Assembly (NCBI GenBank): GCA_965243025.1
Contig: CBDETY010000003.1
Span: forward strand, 2,851,506 to 2,883,505
Length of the DNA stretch: 32,000 nt
Direction of reading: 5' to 3'
DNA from: Candidatus Latescibacterota bacterium
Lineage (GTDB): Bacteria; Latescibacterota; UBA2968; UBA8231
The notes under the pieces were generated by a model. That model was given only the letters and a program-made list of their open reading frames with translations. It did not search any database and was not told the origin of the DNA. Shown piece by piece: positions 1 through 6,861 of this stretch; position 1 is the stretch's first letter, and each line of letters begins with the position of its first letter. Both the position numbers and the translations under genes were made by a program.

Positions 1-395
1 ACAACGTCGAGCTGCCCCTGGTCTACGCCGGGACGCGGCGGCGCCAGAGACGGGAAAGGGCCGAGGCCGCCCTCGAGCGCGTCGGCCTCGCCGACCGCAT
101 GGACCACCGGCCCGCCGAGCTGTCCGGGGGACAGCGCCAGCGGGTGGCCATCGCCCGGGCGCTGGTCAACGAGCCGTCGCTGCTGCTCGCCGACGAGCCG
201 ACAGGCAACCTCGACAGCCGCACCGGGGAGGAGATCATGGGCCTCTTCGACCACCTGCACGCCGAGGGAAACACCGTCATCCTCGTCACCCACGAGCAGC
301 ATGTCGCCGGCCACGCGCGGCGCTCGATAGCCATCCTCGACGGCCTCGTGGCTTCCGACGAAAGGAGGGGCGGTCAGCCCTCGGACCGTTCCTGA
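1..395 (+). CDS. ABC transporter ATP-binding protein, C-terminal part (MacB/LolD type); 5' end lies outside the window
   Basis: Frame 3 is open from nt 3 ([10 protein letters not shown]...). It carries the ABC signature [15 protein letters not shown], Walker [13 protein letters not shown] and H-loop VILVTHE. TGA stop at 393-395. The 3' end overlaps the convergent ACP gene by 22 nt. Confidence 0.9.
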   Translation, partial: NVELPLVYAGTRRRQRRERAEAALERVGLADRMDHRPAELSGGQRQRVAIARALVNEPSLLLADEPTGNLDSRTGEEIMGLFDHLHAEGNTVILVTHEQHVAGHARRSIAILDGLVASDERRGGQPSDRS

Positions 396-658
396 GCCGC
401 GGCCCCGAGCTTTGCCATTACGAAGTCGACGATAGCGTCGCAGGTCTCGAACAGCTCGATGCGCAGCTCCTCGTCGTCGATCTCGAAGCCGAACTCCTCC
501 TCCAGGCCGGCGATCAGCTCGAGCGAGGCGACCGACGAGGCGCCGCCGTCCCCGAACAGGGGCTCGCCGTCCGGGATTTCCTCCGGATCGATGTCGAGCC
601 CGAGGGTGGCGGCGATCGTCCGCTTAACCCGCTTTCTCGTCTCTTCCCGTTCCGGCAT
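374..658 (-). CDS. Acyl/peptidyl carrier protein (phosphopantetheine-binding, 94 aa)
   Basis: ATG at 658 with GGAG 6 nt upstream. The acidic 4-helix-type sequence [28 protein letters not shown] aligns with E. coli ACP [26 protein letters not shown], and a Ser sits at the attachment position. The start lies 35 nt upstream of the preceding gene's stop. Confidence 0.8.
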   Translation of the reverse strand: MPEREETRKRVKRTIAATLGLDIDPEEIPDGEPLFGDGGASSVASLELIAGLEEEFGFEIDDEELRIELFETCDAIVDFVMAKLGAAAQERSEG

Positions 659-2651
659 TCTCCTGCTCCGGATCCTGTGAAAAATGGGCCACGACGGTCT
701 CGACCAGGCGGCCTTCCCCCGCCCGCGACAGGATCGCCGCGGCGGGGATGCCGAAGCGGTCTTCGAGACGGCGCAGGTTGCTGTCGATCTCCCCGGCCGA
801 CATCTGGCGCGGGGTGATCCAGCTGCGCCCGTAGGCGGCGCGGATGTGCTTCTCCTTGTCGCTCATCGCCAGGGCGATGGTCGGCGCCTTCGCCAGTCCG
901 CGCAGGCAGGCGATGGTGTCCGCGACGTACTCCTCGGGGTCGATGCTGTTGACCACCAGGACGACGGCGTCCGGCCTGGTGCCGAGCAGGAAGGCGAGAG
1001 AGGTAATGGTATGGGTCGACGGGTGCTCGATGGCGTAGGGGATCGTCCCCGACTGGCACCCCACCAGCATGATGTCCGGCTTCCTGTGGTGGGCGATCTC
1101 CCGCATCCTGGCGTCGAGAAAGGGGGCGTACCACTGCAGCGGCAGCTCGAGCGGCGACGCGTACCCCATCGGGAAAGAGAAGTCCATGCCGAAAAGGGCG
1201 GAGTGGTGCTCGGTGCCGACCTGGCCGACCGCGTACCCCGCCTTCTGCAGGCGCCGCCGCAGGGCGAGCTGCAGGGTGAACTTCCCCTGCTGCGAGCTGG
1301 TGCCGAACACCCCCAGCACCGGGATGTCGACGGCACCGTACCGGCTCGACCGGCGCAGCAGCGCCTCGACCTCGGCGTTGTCGACCCCCGGGTAGGCGAT
1401 CTTCAGGTTGCGGCGCCGGGCCTCGGCGTGCAGGTCCCCGTACTTCGCCGGCAGGACCGGCAGGAAGCTGAAGACGTGCAGCCCCGCGGCAAGTGCGGCC
1501 CCGACCGACTCCCGCAGGACGTCCCGCCTGCCGATGCGGCCCAGCTCGTCGACGTACCCCAGGATCAGGGTATCGGCGCCGCCCAGGGCATCCCCGAGCT
1601 TCGGGCAGATGCGGATCCCGACCGGGGGCAGCCCGAGGGCCTCGCCGGCGTCCTTGCCCGCCAGCCCCTTGCCGGCGGGATCGGCGATGCCCACGACCTC
1701 GAAGTCGAGGTGTTTCAGGTGCCGGACCAGGCTGTGCATCTCCTTGTTGAAGGGGTACAGGGCCGCCTTGTGGATCCAGTCCGGGCAGCCGCCGCCCTCG
1801 ACATGCGAGGTGCTCTCCCGGGGAGCCGGTCCCGCCACCGGGTTGGCAACCCCGGCCCGGTCGCGGACGGCTCCCGCCGAAGGGCGCCGGCCCGGTTTGT
1901 CCCGGGGAGGGCGAACCTCCTCGTCCAGGGCGTTCGCCTTCAGGATCTCCCGCACCTCCTCGAGGCCGGCTTCTGGCGAAGCCTCCCTGATCAGGGCGAC
2001 GATGCCGCTGACATGGGGGGCGGCGAAGCTGGTGCCCGCGGTCATCACCTCGCGCGGCTGCAGCCAGCACAGCCGCTGCTCGTCGCCGCGGGCGACGCAC
2101 TCGATCGGCTTGCCCTCCCGGTAGTGGAACCCGTAGCGGCCGGGGACCTTGCCGCCGGCCACCCCGATGACGTCGGGCAGCACCGCCGGGTAGCTCTCGA
2201 GCCCCTCGTTGTGCTCGGCGGCCACCAGGATGACTCCGGCGCGGGCAGCCTCCCGGGCCGCCTCGGTGAGAGGACGGCGAAAGCTCGCGTCCGTGGTCCC
2301 GAGACTGAGGTTGACGACGTCCATTTCCTCGTCGAGGCACCAGCGCAGGGCGGCGACCAGGACGCTGCCGTCGGCGCTGAGGGATTCGTCGAAGATGCGC
2401 ACGCTGTAGATAGAGGCGGCCGGCGCCTTCTTGAGGATGATCCCGGCGCAGGCGGTGCCGTGCCCCGCCTTGTCGGCGATCTCCCCGATCTGCTCGATCC
2501 GCCCGTCCCCGCCGACTGACATGGCCACCCCGCCGGCCACCCGGATGCGCGGATGCGCCGGGTCGACACCGCTGTCGACGACAGCGACCCTGATCCCCGC
2601 CCCGGTGAGGGCCTGGAAGGGCAACTGGAGGGAGCCAGGTGCTGGTGTCAT
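624..2651 (-). CDS. Fusion protein: N-terminal subtilase (peptidase S8) domain plus C-terminal DUF1611/DgcN-like domain
   Basis: Subtilase triad motifs are present: VAVVDSGVD (Asp), GHGTACAGII (His) and GTSFAAPHVSG (Ser). There is no signal peptide. The C-terminal ~330 aa looks DUF1611-like, with P-loop-like VLGVFGTSSQQGKFT and TLILGYVDELG. I placed the start at ATG 2651 because AAGGAG (ctcctt at 2662-2667 on the + strand) lies 10 nt upstream; the longest ORF would begin at 2696. TAA stop at 624-626. Confidence 0.8.
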   Translation of the reverse strand: MTPAPGSLQLPFQALTGAGIRVAVVDSGVDPAHPRIRVAGGVAMSVGGDGRIEQIGEIADKAGHGTACAGIILKKAPAASIYSVRIFDESLSADGSVLVAALRWCLDEEMDVVNLSLGTTDASFRRPLTEAAREAARAGVILVAAEHNEGLESYPAVLPDVIGVAGGKVPGRYGFHYREGKPIECVARGDEQRLCWLQPREVMTAGTSFAAPHVSGIVALIREASPEAGLEEVREILKANALDEEVRPPRDKPGRRPSAGAVRDRAGVANPVAGPAPRESTSHVEGGGCPDWIHKAALYPFNKEMHSLVRHLKHLDFEVVGIADPAGKGLAGKDAGEALGLPPVGIRICPKLGDALGGADTLILGYVDELGRIGRRDVLRESVGAALAAGLHVFSFLPVLPAKYGDLHAEARRRNLKIAYPGVDNAEVEALLRRSSRYGAVDIPVLGVFGTSSQQGKFTLQLALRRRLQKAGYAVGQVGTEHHSALFGMDFSFPMGYASPLELPLQWYAPFLDARMREIAHHRKPDIMLVGCQSGTIPYAIEHPSTHTITSLAFLLGTRPDAVVLVVNSIDPEEYVADTIACLRGLAKAPTIALAMSDKEKHIRAAYGRSWITPRQMSAGEIDSNLRRLEDRFGIPAAAILSRAGEGRLVETVVAHFSQDPEQENAGTGRDEKAG

Positions 2652-2754
2652 GGATCGGACGCTCCTTCGGGCGGGTGGAACGAGGCCGGCCGACATGCGG
2701 ATGCGGCCGCTTCGCCTTCCCTGTAGACGTGCCAGCGGCTGGAAGTGCTAGTGC

Positions 2755-2908
2755 CCCGTCGCAGAAATATCTCGACATTGGGACGCCGATCCATCCCGGC
2801 TCACGGCGTTGCCTTCGCTCCCCGTACGCCCTCGGTACGACTCGCTCAGGCGCCTTGTGAGCCGGGCGCCTCGGCATCCCAATTTTGTCAATCTATCTCT
2901 GCGACGGG
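2755..2908 (-). repeat. Conserved structured element, copy A (read on the minus strand), directly upstream of the S8-DUF1611 gene
   Basis: Read on the minus strand it aligns with copies B and C: gtcccgtcgcagagatagattgacaaaattgggatgccgaggcgcccggctcacaaggcgcctgagcgagtcgtaccgagggcgtacgg.... Hairpins lie at 2848-2871, 2822-2841 and 2805-2813. An 11-bp inverted repeat (cccgtcgcaga at 2755-2765 and tctgcgacggg at 2898-2908) closes the whole element. Confidence 0.7.
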
Positions 2909-3157
2909 ACACCTAGCCCTTCCGCGCGCAATTCCGTGAATTCGTTCCCCGCGGCATCCCGGCACAGTTACCCCCGTCCTTGCTCCGACATACCCCGGCA
3001 GGCACTTGCGGAGGCCCCTCATTCTTTCCGGGAAACCAGGCAGCAGGCGCCCGGCCGTCCTGGCGACCGCTGAAACGGCGCTAGTACACACACCCCCGGA
3101 TGCGTCTGATGGATAGCGCTCTCACCCGAAATCCATCCGCAGCGCAGGAGGCTCCCC

Positions 3158-4348
3158 ATGGCGGAAACGGCCGTACTTCCGCTCAACGAAGATCCGCCGG
3201 TGAGAGGGTATCTCCGGCACGCATTCCTCTTCTCCATCCTCGCGACCGACGACATCTACCTGCCCTGGCTGTTCGGCGGCAACTACACCCAACTGGTCTT
3301 CGACCGCGACCCCGGGTGGATGCCGCTCGACTTCTACAGCCCCCTCGGCTACAGCGGCAGCGGCTTCGCCTGTCCCTTTCTCGACGCCCAGTGGATCGGC
3401 CGCACCCTGATCGAGGGGGGATACGGCAGCGCCGTCCCGTTCCTGATCGAGAGCATCGACGAAGGCTACTACGCGAGACTGACGGTTGACGAGTTCTATC
3501 TGCCCGGGAGGACCTCCTACCGCCGCCGCCACTTCATGCACAGCCTGCTCGTCCACGGGTACGACCGCGGCCGCGGCCTTTTCCGGGCGGCGGGGTACCT
3601 TGCGAACGGGGAGTACCGATCCTCCCGGGTGACCTTTACCGAACTGGAGGAGGCGTTCGCCGTCGGCCTCGAGCCCCTGGAGACGGGGGATCGGGACCGG
3701 GGAAGTGACGGCGAGAGCGATACCGGACCGCGCAGATTCGACGGGGTCGGATCGCGCGCCGACCTGCGGCGCTGCATGTACAGCAAACGGTTGAGCAACG
3801 TCGAGTCCAACAGGGTCTGGCTGGTTCGATACAACCGCGAGGCCCGCTTCGAGCTCGACTTCGGAGCGGCCCTGGAAATGCTGGAGGATTACGCGAATTC
3901 CGCGAGGACGCCGTCGCGGTTTGCGAGCATCCTCACTTTCCCGAACAAGGTCTACACCCTCGGACAGCCGGTCCCCGAACGGGAAGACCTGACCTTCGGA
4001 GTCGAAACCTACGGCTGCCTTCAGTGGTGGATGGAGGAGGTTCTGCGGGGGCGCCGGGAATTCGACATCATCCCCTTCCACGTGCTCTGGGAGCACAAGA
4101 AGGTCATGGTGTCGCGGCTGGAGTACTTCGAGAGGAAGGGCTTTCTCGACCCTTCGCTGGCCCTGTCGGCCCGCTACCGGGAAATCGAAGCCAGGGCCTC
4201 CCACCTGCGGCTGCTGATGATTCGCTGCCGCATGAAGCAGGACCTGAAGCTGCTGGACCGCTCGCTCGCCCGCGTGGCCAACCTCCGGAAGGAGGAGACG
4301 CGGGCGCTTGACGGTGTGCTGCGCGCCGCGGGGTCCGCCCGGGCCTGA
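3158..4348 (+). CDS. Hypothetical protein, 396 aa, with a tentative BtrH-N-like / papain-fold signature
   Basis: AGGAGG at 3146-3151 lies 6 nt before ATG 3158. Composition is coding-like, unlike its 360-aa shadow ORF. The segment IDEGYYARLTVDEFYLPGRTSYRRRHFMHSLLVHGYDRGRGLF resembles the His...GYD core of BtrH N-terminal/C39-like domains, recognised from memory only. Confidence 0.6.
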   Translation: MAETAVLPLNEDPPVRGYLRHAFLFSILATDDIYLPWLFGGNYTQLVFDRDPGWMPLDFYSPLGYSGSGFACPFLDAQWIGRTLIEGGYGSAVPFLIESIDEGYYARLTVDEFYLPGRTSYRRRHFMHSLLVHGYDRGRGLFRAAGYLANGEYRSSRVTFTELEEAFAVGLEPLETGDRDRGSDGESDTGPRRFDGVGSRADLRRCMYSKRLSNVESNRVWLVRYNREARFELDFGAALEMLEDYANSARTPSRFASILTFPNKVYTLGQPVPEREDLTFGVETYGCLQWWMEEVLRGRREFDIIPFHVLWEHKKVMVSRLEYFERKGFLDPSLALSARYREIEARASHLRLLMIRCRMKQDLKLLDRSLARVANLRKEETRALDGVLRAAGSARA

Positions 4349-4371
4349 ACTGGTCCGGGCACCCGCCCCGC

Positions 4372-5013
4372 CTACTCCTGCGGCTCGCCGTTTTCCCTGT
4401 TGGCACCCCTCTGCCGCTCACGGCGCAGCAACCACCCCGGGATCTTCCGCAATGAGTCCACTATCTGCTGCAGAAGCCGCTGGTGGCGCGCCCTGCTCAC
4501 GGTCAGCTCCGCCAGCTTGATCCAGGGGGCGCGTTCCCGCACGTGGCCTTCCGCCCTCGACAGATGCGCTTTCACCGACTCCTCCGCCAGCCCGAGAAAG
4601 CGCGCGATCTCCTCGCATGAGCTCCCCTCGATATGGAAGAGCACGAAGATCCGGCGGCTTTCCCGGGGAATCTCGTCCAGCAGGCTCCAGAGTTTCGCCG
4701 GCACCTCGACCCTTTTCTCGGGCTCCTGGTCCTCCGGGGGGCGCGGCGATCCTTTCATGTAGGCGTGAACGCGCCCATCCGGCTCCACACTCCCTCCGGA
4801 ACGCTTTGCCGCGAAGCGGCTGACGGACCCGTGCGCAGGCCTGATCAGCGCCACAACGAACTCGCGCAGGAAACGGCGGGCTTCCTCCTCCACTGTCCGG
4901 ATCACCTCCGCAACAGGCAAAGCAACGGCCCCGCAACAGACGGTTTCCGCCTGAATCGGACCGAAGGGGGAGTTTTTGTAATCGGGCGTTTTCGAATCAC
5001 TTATCCTCGACAT
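4372..5013 (-). CDS. Sigma-70 region 4 (ECF-type HTH) domain protein; no recognisable region 2
   Basis: LWSLLDEIPRESRRIFVLFHIEGSSCEEIARFLGLAEESVKAHLSRAEGHVRE matches the ECF sigma region 4.2 pattern. The N-terminal ~100 aa show no region 2 motifs. ATG at 5013. The gene converges on the 396-aa gene across a 23-nt gap. Confidence 0.65.
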   Translation of the reverse strand: MSRISDSKTPDYKNSPFGPIQAETVCCGAVALPVAEVIRTVEEEARRFLREFVVALIRPAHGSVSRFAAKRSGGSVEPDGRVHAYMKGSPRPPEDQEPEKRVEVPAKLWSLLDEIPRESRRIFVLFHIEGSSCEEIARFLGLAEESVKAHLSRAEGHVRERAPWIKLAELTVSRARHQRLLQQIVDSLRKIPGWLLRRERQRGANRENGEPQE

Positions 5014-5094
5014 TCGTTTTTCGTTCTCCCGTGGCGGTTCTCAAGGCCTTCACATGTCTGACGGCAATGAACACCGAAGTACTATAAGCACTAT

Positions 5095-5248
5095 GTGACA
5101 GAATGGGTTGTCCCGACAACGGGCGCAGGCGCCCGGACTCACAAGCCGCCTCAGCGAGCCGTACCGAGGGTGTACGGCGAGCGCAGGCAACGCCGGGAGT
5201 CGGGATTGAGGCGGAAAATCGCACCGGATGAGGATTTCATTTAACCGC
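5095..5248 (+). repeat. Conserved structured element, copy B
   Basis: Aligns with copy C across aggcgcccgg(a)ctcacaa...cagcgagccgtaccgagggtgtacggcgagcg...gcaccggatgaggatttcatttaaccgc. Hairpins lie at 5127-5151, 5158-5178 (perfect 7-bp stem gccgtac/gtacggc) and 5186-5194. Confidence 0.7.
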
Positions 5249-5277
5249 GATTTTTCCCCTCAAATGGATCGGCGGAA

Positions 5278-5305
5278 GAATTGCAAGGTGAATTGCAAGG
5301 AATTG
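5278..5305. repeat. Short tandem direct repeat, gaattgcaagg twice with 12-nt period plus a partial third unit
   Basis: gaattgcaagg occurs at 5278-5288 and 5290-5300, followed by aattg at 5301-5305. It sits in the lower-GC spacer between element copies B and C. Confidence 0.6.
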
Positions 5306-5508
5306 ATGGGACAGGACACTGGTATGTATTGACCCTCTGCAAGCTATAGCAGAGAACTCCAATCCGGGTTCACGCTTTGATTTTTGCCGGTCTGCCTTCT
5401 CCCGTGGCTTTAACCGGGAGGAACGGATAATACGACGGTCATCACTCTGGTATTCGCGGGTTGGCTGCTGCCTGACCTTTCTTCGTCGCCGAGCTGCCTC
5501 TGTCCGGA

Positions 5509-5662
5509 GTCCCGCAGAGATAGATTGACAGAATCGGGATGCGGAGGCGCCCGGCTCACAGGGCGCCCCAGCGAGTCGTACCGAGGGTGTACGGCGAGCG
5601 TAGACAATGTCGTGAACCGGGATCGAGGGGAAATGCACCGGATGAGGATTTCATTGAACCGC
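5509..5662 (+). repeat. Conserved structured element, copy C
   Basis: It shares the 5' module gtcccgcagagatagattgacagaatcggg with copy A and the 3' module gcaccggatgaggatttcattgaaccgc with copy B. Hairpins lie at 5546-5567, 5575-5595 (a T-G wobble replaces the C-G pair of copy B) and 5603-5611 (gac-aat-gtc versus ggc-aac-gcc in A and B). Confidence 0.7.
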
Positions 5663-5771
5663 AAACCGCCTCGCGGCGTGCTTCGTCTCCGGGGAGATCG
5701 CTCTCCCCAAAGGCAATCCGCGAACATCGAGATCGGGGAGGTCCTTTTTGTCCCCGGTCAATACATAAGGT

Positions 5772-6824
5772 CTAAATCCAGCCGTGCTCGATGGTGGTGG
5801 GGGAGCCCGAGGTCTGGTGGCTCCACCCCGGGCCGCTGTCGAGCAGGACGTCCCGGCCGGTGATCGCCGACTTCTCCGCGGCGAACAGGATCTCCATGAT
5901 GTGGCGGCCGTACTCGCCGTGCGCCGGGGGCTCGATGTCTCTCTCTATCGCCTCGGCGAAGCTCTTCCACTCGTGGTGCATTTCGTGCGGGGCGTCCTCG
6001 AACGGCACCTCCTCCCACCGGTCGCCGCGGCCGACCCGGACGTACTTGCCGTCCCCGCCGTGCTGGTTGAAGCGCAGGGTTCCGTTGGCGCAGATCACCT
6101 GGCACTCGAAGTTCGGCGCCCCGTCGGCGAAGCCCACGGCGACGGCGACCCCGCCGAGGCCGTTCTTGTAGCGGATGAAGGCGGTGGCCGCATCGTCGGC
6201 CGCCTGGTAGTGGGCGCGCGTGCCGATCGCCGCCGACACCGAGACCGCCTGCGAGGCCATTACCCAGGTGAGGCGGTCGACGACGTGGACGCCGTTGGTC
6301 AGCCACATGCCGCCGCCGTGGAAGCGGCTGCGGTACTGGGGCCGGCGGGTGCGGCCGCTCCAGTTCTTCGACATGTAGCTCACCGCGGTGACGACCGGCC
6401 CCAGTTCCCCGGAGTCGAGGATCTCCTTCGCCTTGACGCTGGTGGGGTAGAAGTGCTGCGACAGGCCCACCATCAGCTTGACCCCGTTGGCCCGCGCCGC
6501 TTCGACCATGTCGTCGCACTGCTGCAGGGAGATGGCCATCGGTTTCTCGACCAGCACGTGCTTGCCGGCGTTGCAGGCGTCGACGGTCAGCCGGTGGTGG
6601 AGCTGGTGGCCGAGGACCACCGCCACGGCGTCAACCTCGCCGTGCTCGAGCAGCTCGGTATGCGAGGAGTAGCCTCGCGGGATTCCGTACTTCTCCATGT
6701 ACTCGACCCGCTTCTCCTCGAAGAGGTCGGCGACGGCGACGACCTCGACGCCGTCGAGGCCGGAGATGGCGTCGCAGTGCGAGGTGGCGATGCCGCCCAG
6801 TCCGATGATCCCTACCCGTACCAT
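5772..6824 (-). CDS. Gfo/Idh/MocA family NAD(P)-dependent oxidoreductase
   Basis: N-terminal Rossmann motif MVRVGIIGLGGIA and the family EKP motif (HVLVEKPMA). 350 aa. It begins 37 nt downstream of the aminotransferase gene on the same strand. Confidence 0.85.
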   Translation of the reverse strand: MVRVGIIGLGGIATSHCDAISGLDGVEVVAVADLFEEKRVEYMEKYGIPRGYSSHTELLEHGEVDAVAVVLGHQLHHRLTVDACNAGKHVLVEKPMAISLQQCDDMVEAARANGVKLMVGLSQHFYPTSVKAKEILDSGELGPVVTAVSYMSKNWSGRTRRPQYRSRFHGGGMWLTNGVHVVDRLTWVMASQAVSVSAAIGTRAHYQAADDAATAFIRYKNGLGGVAVAVGFADGAPNFECQVICANGTLRFNQHGGDGKYVRVGRGDRWEEVPFEDAPHEMHHEWKSFAEAIERDIEPPAHGEYGRHIMEILFAAEKSAITGRDVLLDSGPGWSHQTSGSPTTIEHGWI

Positions 6825-6861
6825 GGCTCCGATTGCTCCCTGTGTGTTGGCGCCGGGACCC

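Noticed and set aside
2648-2794. A 48-aa upstream ORF inside copy A whose TGA overlaps the ATG at 2651 (ATGA)
   Set aside because: ORFs of this length arise by chance in high-GC DNA. It has no SD, the translation is low-complexity, and copies B and C have no counterpart.
514-2877. The 787-aa minus ORF and the 611-aa plus ORF (684-2519) overlapping the S8-DUF1611 gene
   Set aside because: Their translations are extremely Arg/Pro/Gly-rich and low-complexity, with no motifs. They are out-of-frame or antisense shadows typical of high-GC DNA. The 690-aa frame carries the real subtilase and DUF1611 motifs.
2755-2908. Copy A as a miniature inverted-repeat transposable element, given its 11-bp terminal inverted repeat
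   Set aside because: This is not fully excluded. Copies B and C lack matching terminal repeats, I see no target-site duplication, and the internal changes preserve hairpins. I therefore favour a structured RNA or regulatory element.
3122-4204. The 360-aa minus ORF opposite the 396-aa gene
   Set aside because: It is a shadow ORF with no SD and a low-complexity translation. The plus frame has a strong AGGAGG-ATG start and balanced composition.
5158-5178. Hairpin 2 (gagccgtac...gtacggc) superficially resembles the start of group II intron domain V
   Set aside because: The stem-loop is too short (21 nt versus ~34). It lacks the 2-nt bulge and GNRA tetraloop, and there is no reverse transcriptase/maturase ORF or other intron domain nearby.
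2755-5662. The possibility that the three repeats form a CRISPR array
   Set aside because: The units are ~150 nt, irregularly spaced and mosaic. One is inverted relative to the other two, and no cas genes are present.
2745-5863. ORFs crossing the repeated elements that give similar peptides (2745-2939, 4997-5224, 5237-5638, 5539-5775, 5525-5863, and the N-terminus of the 787-aa ORF)
   Set aside because: The peptide similarity merely reflects the DNA repeat. A 1-nt indel between copies B and C breaks the frame, substitutions are not biased toward synonymous positions, and copy B lacks the ATG. I therefore treat the element as non-coding.
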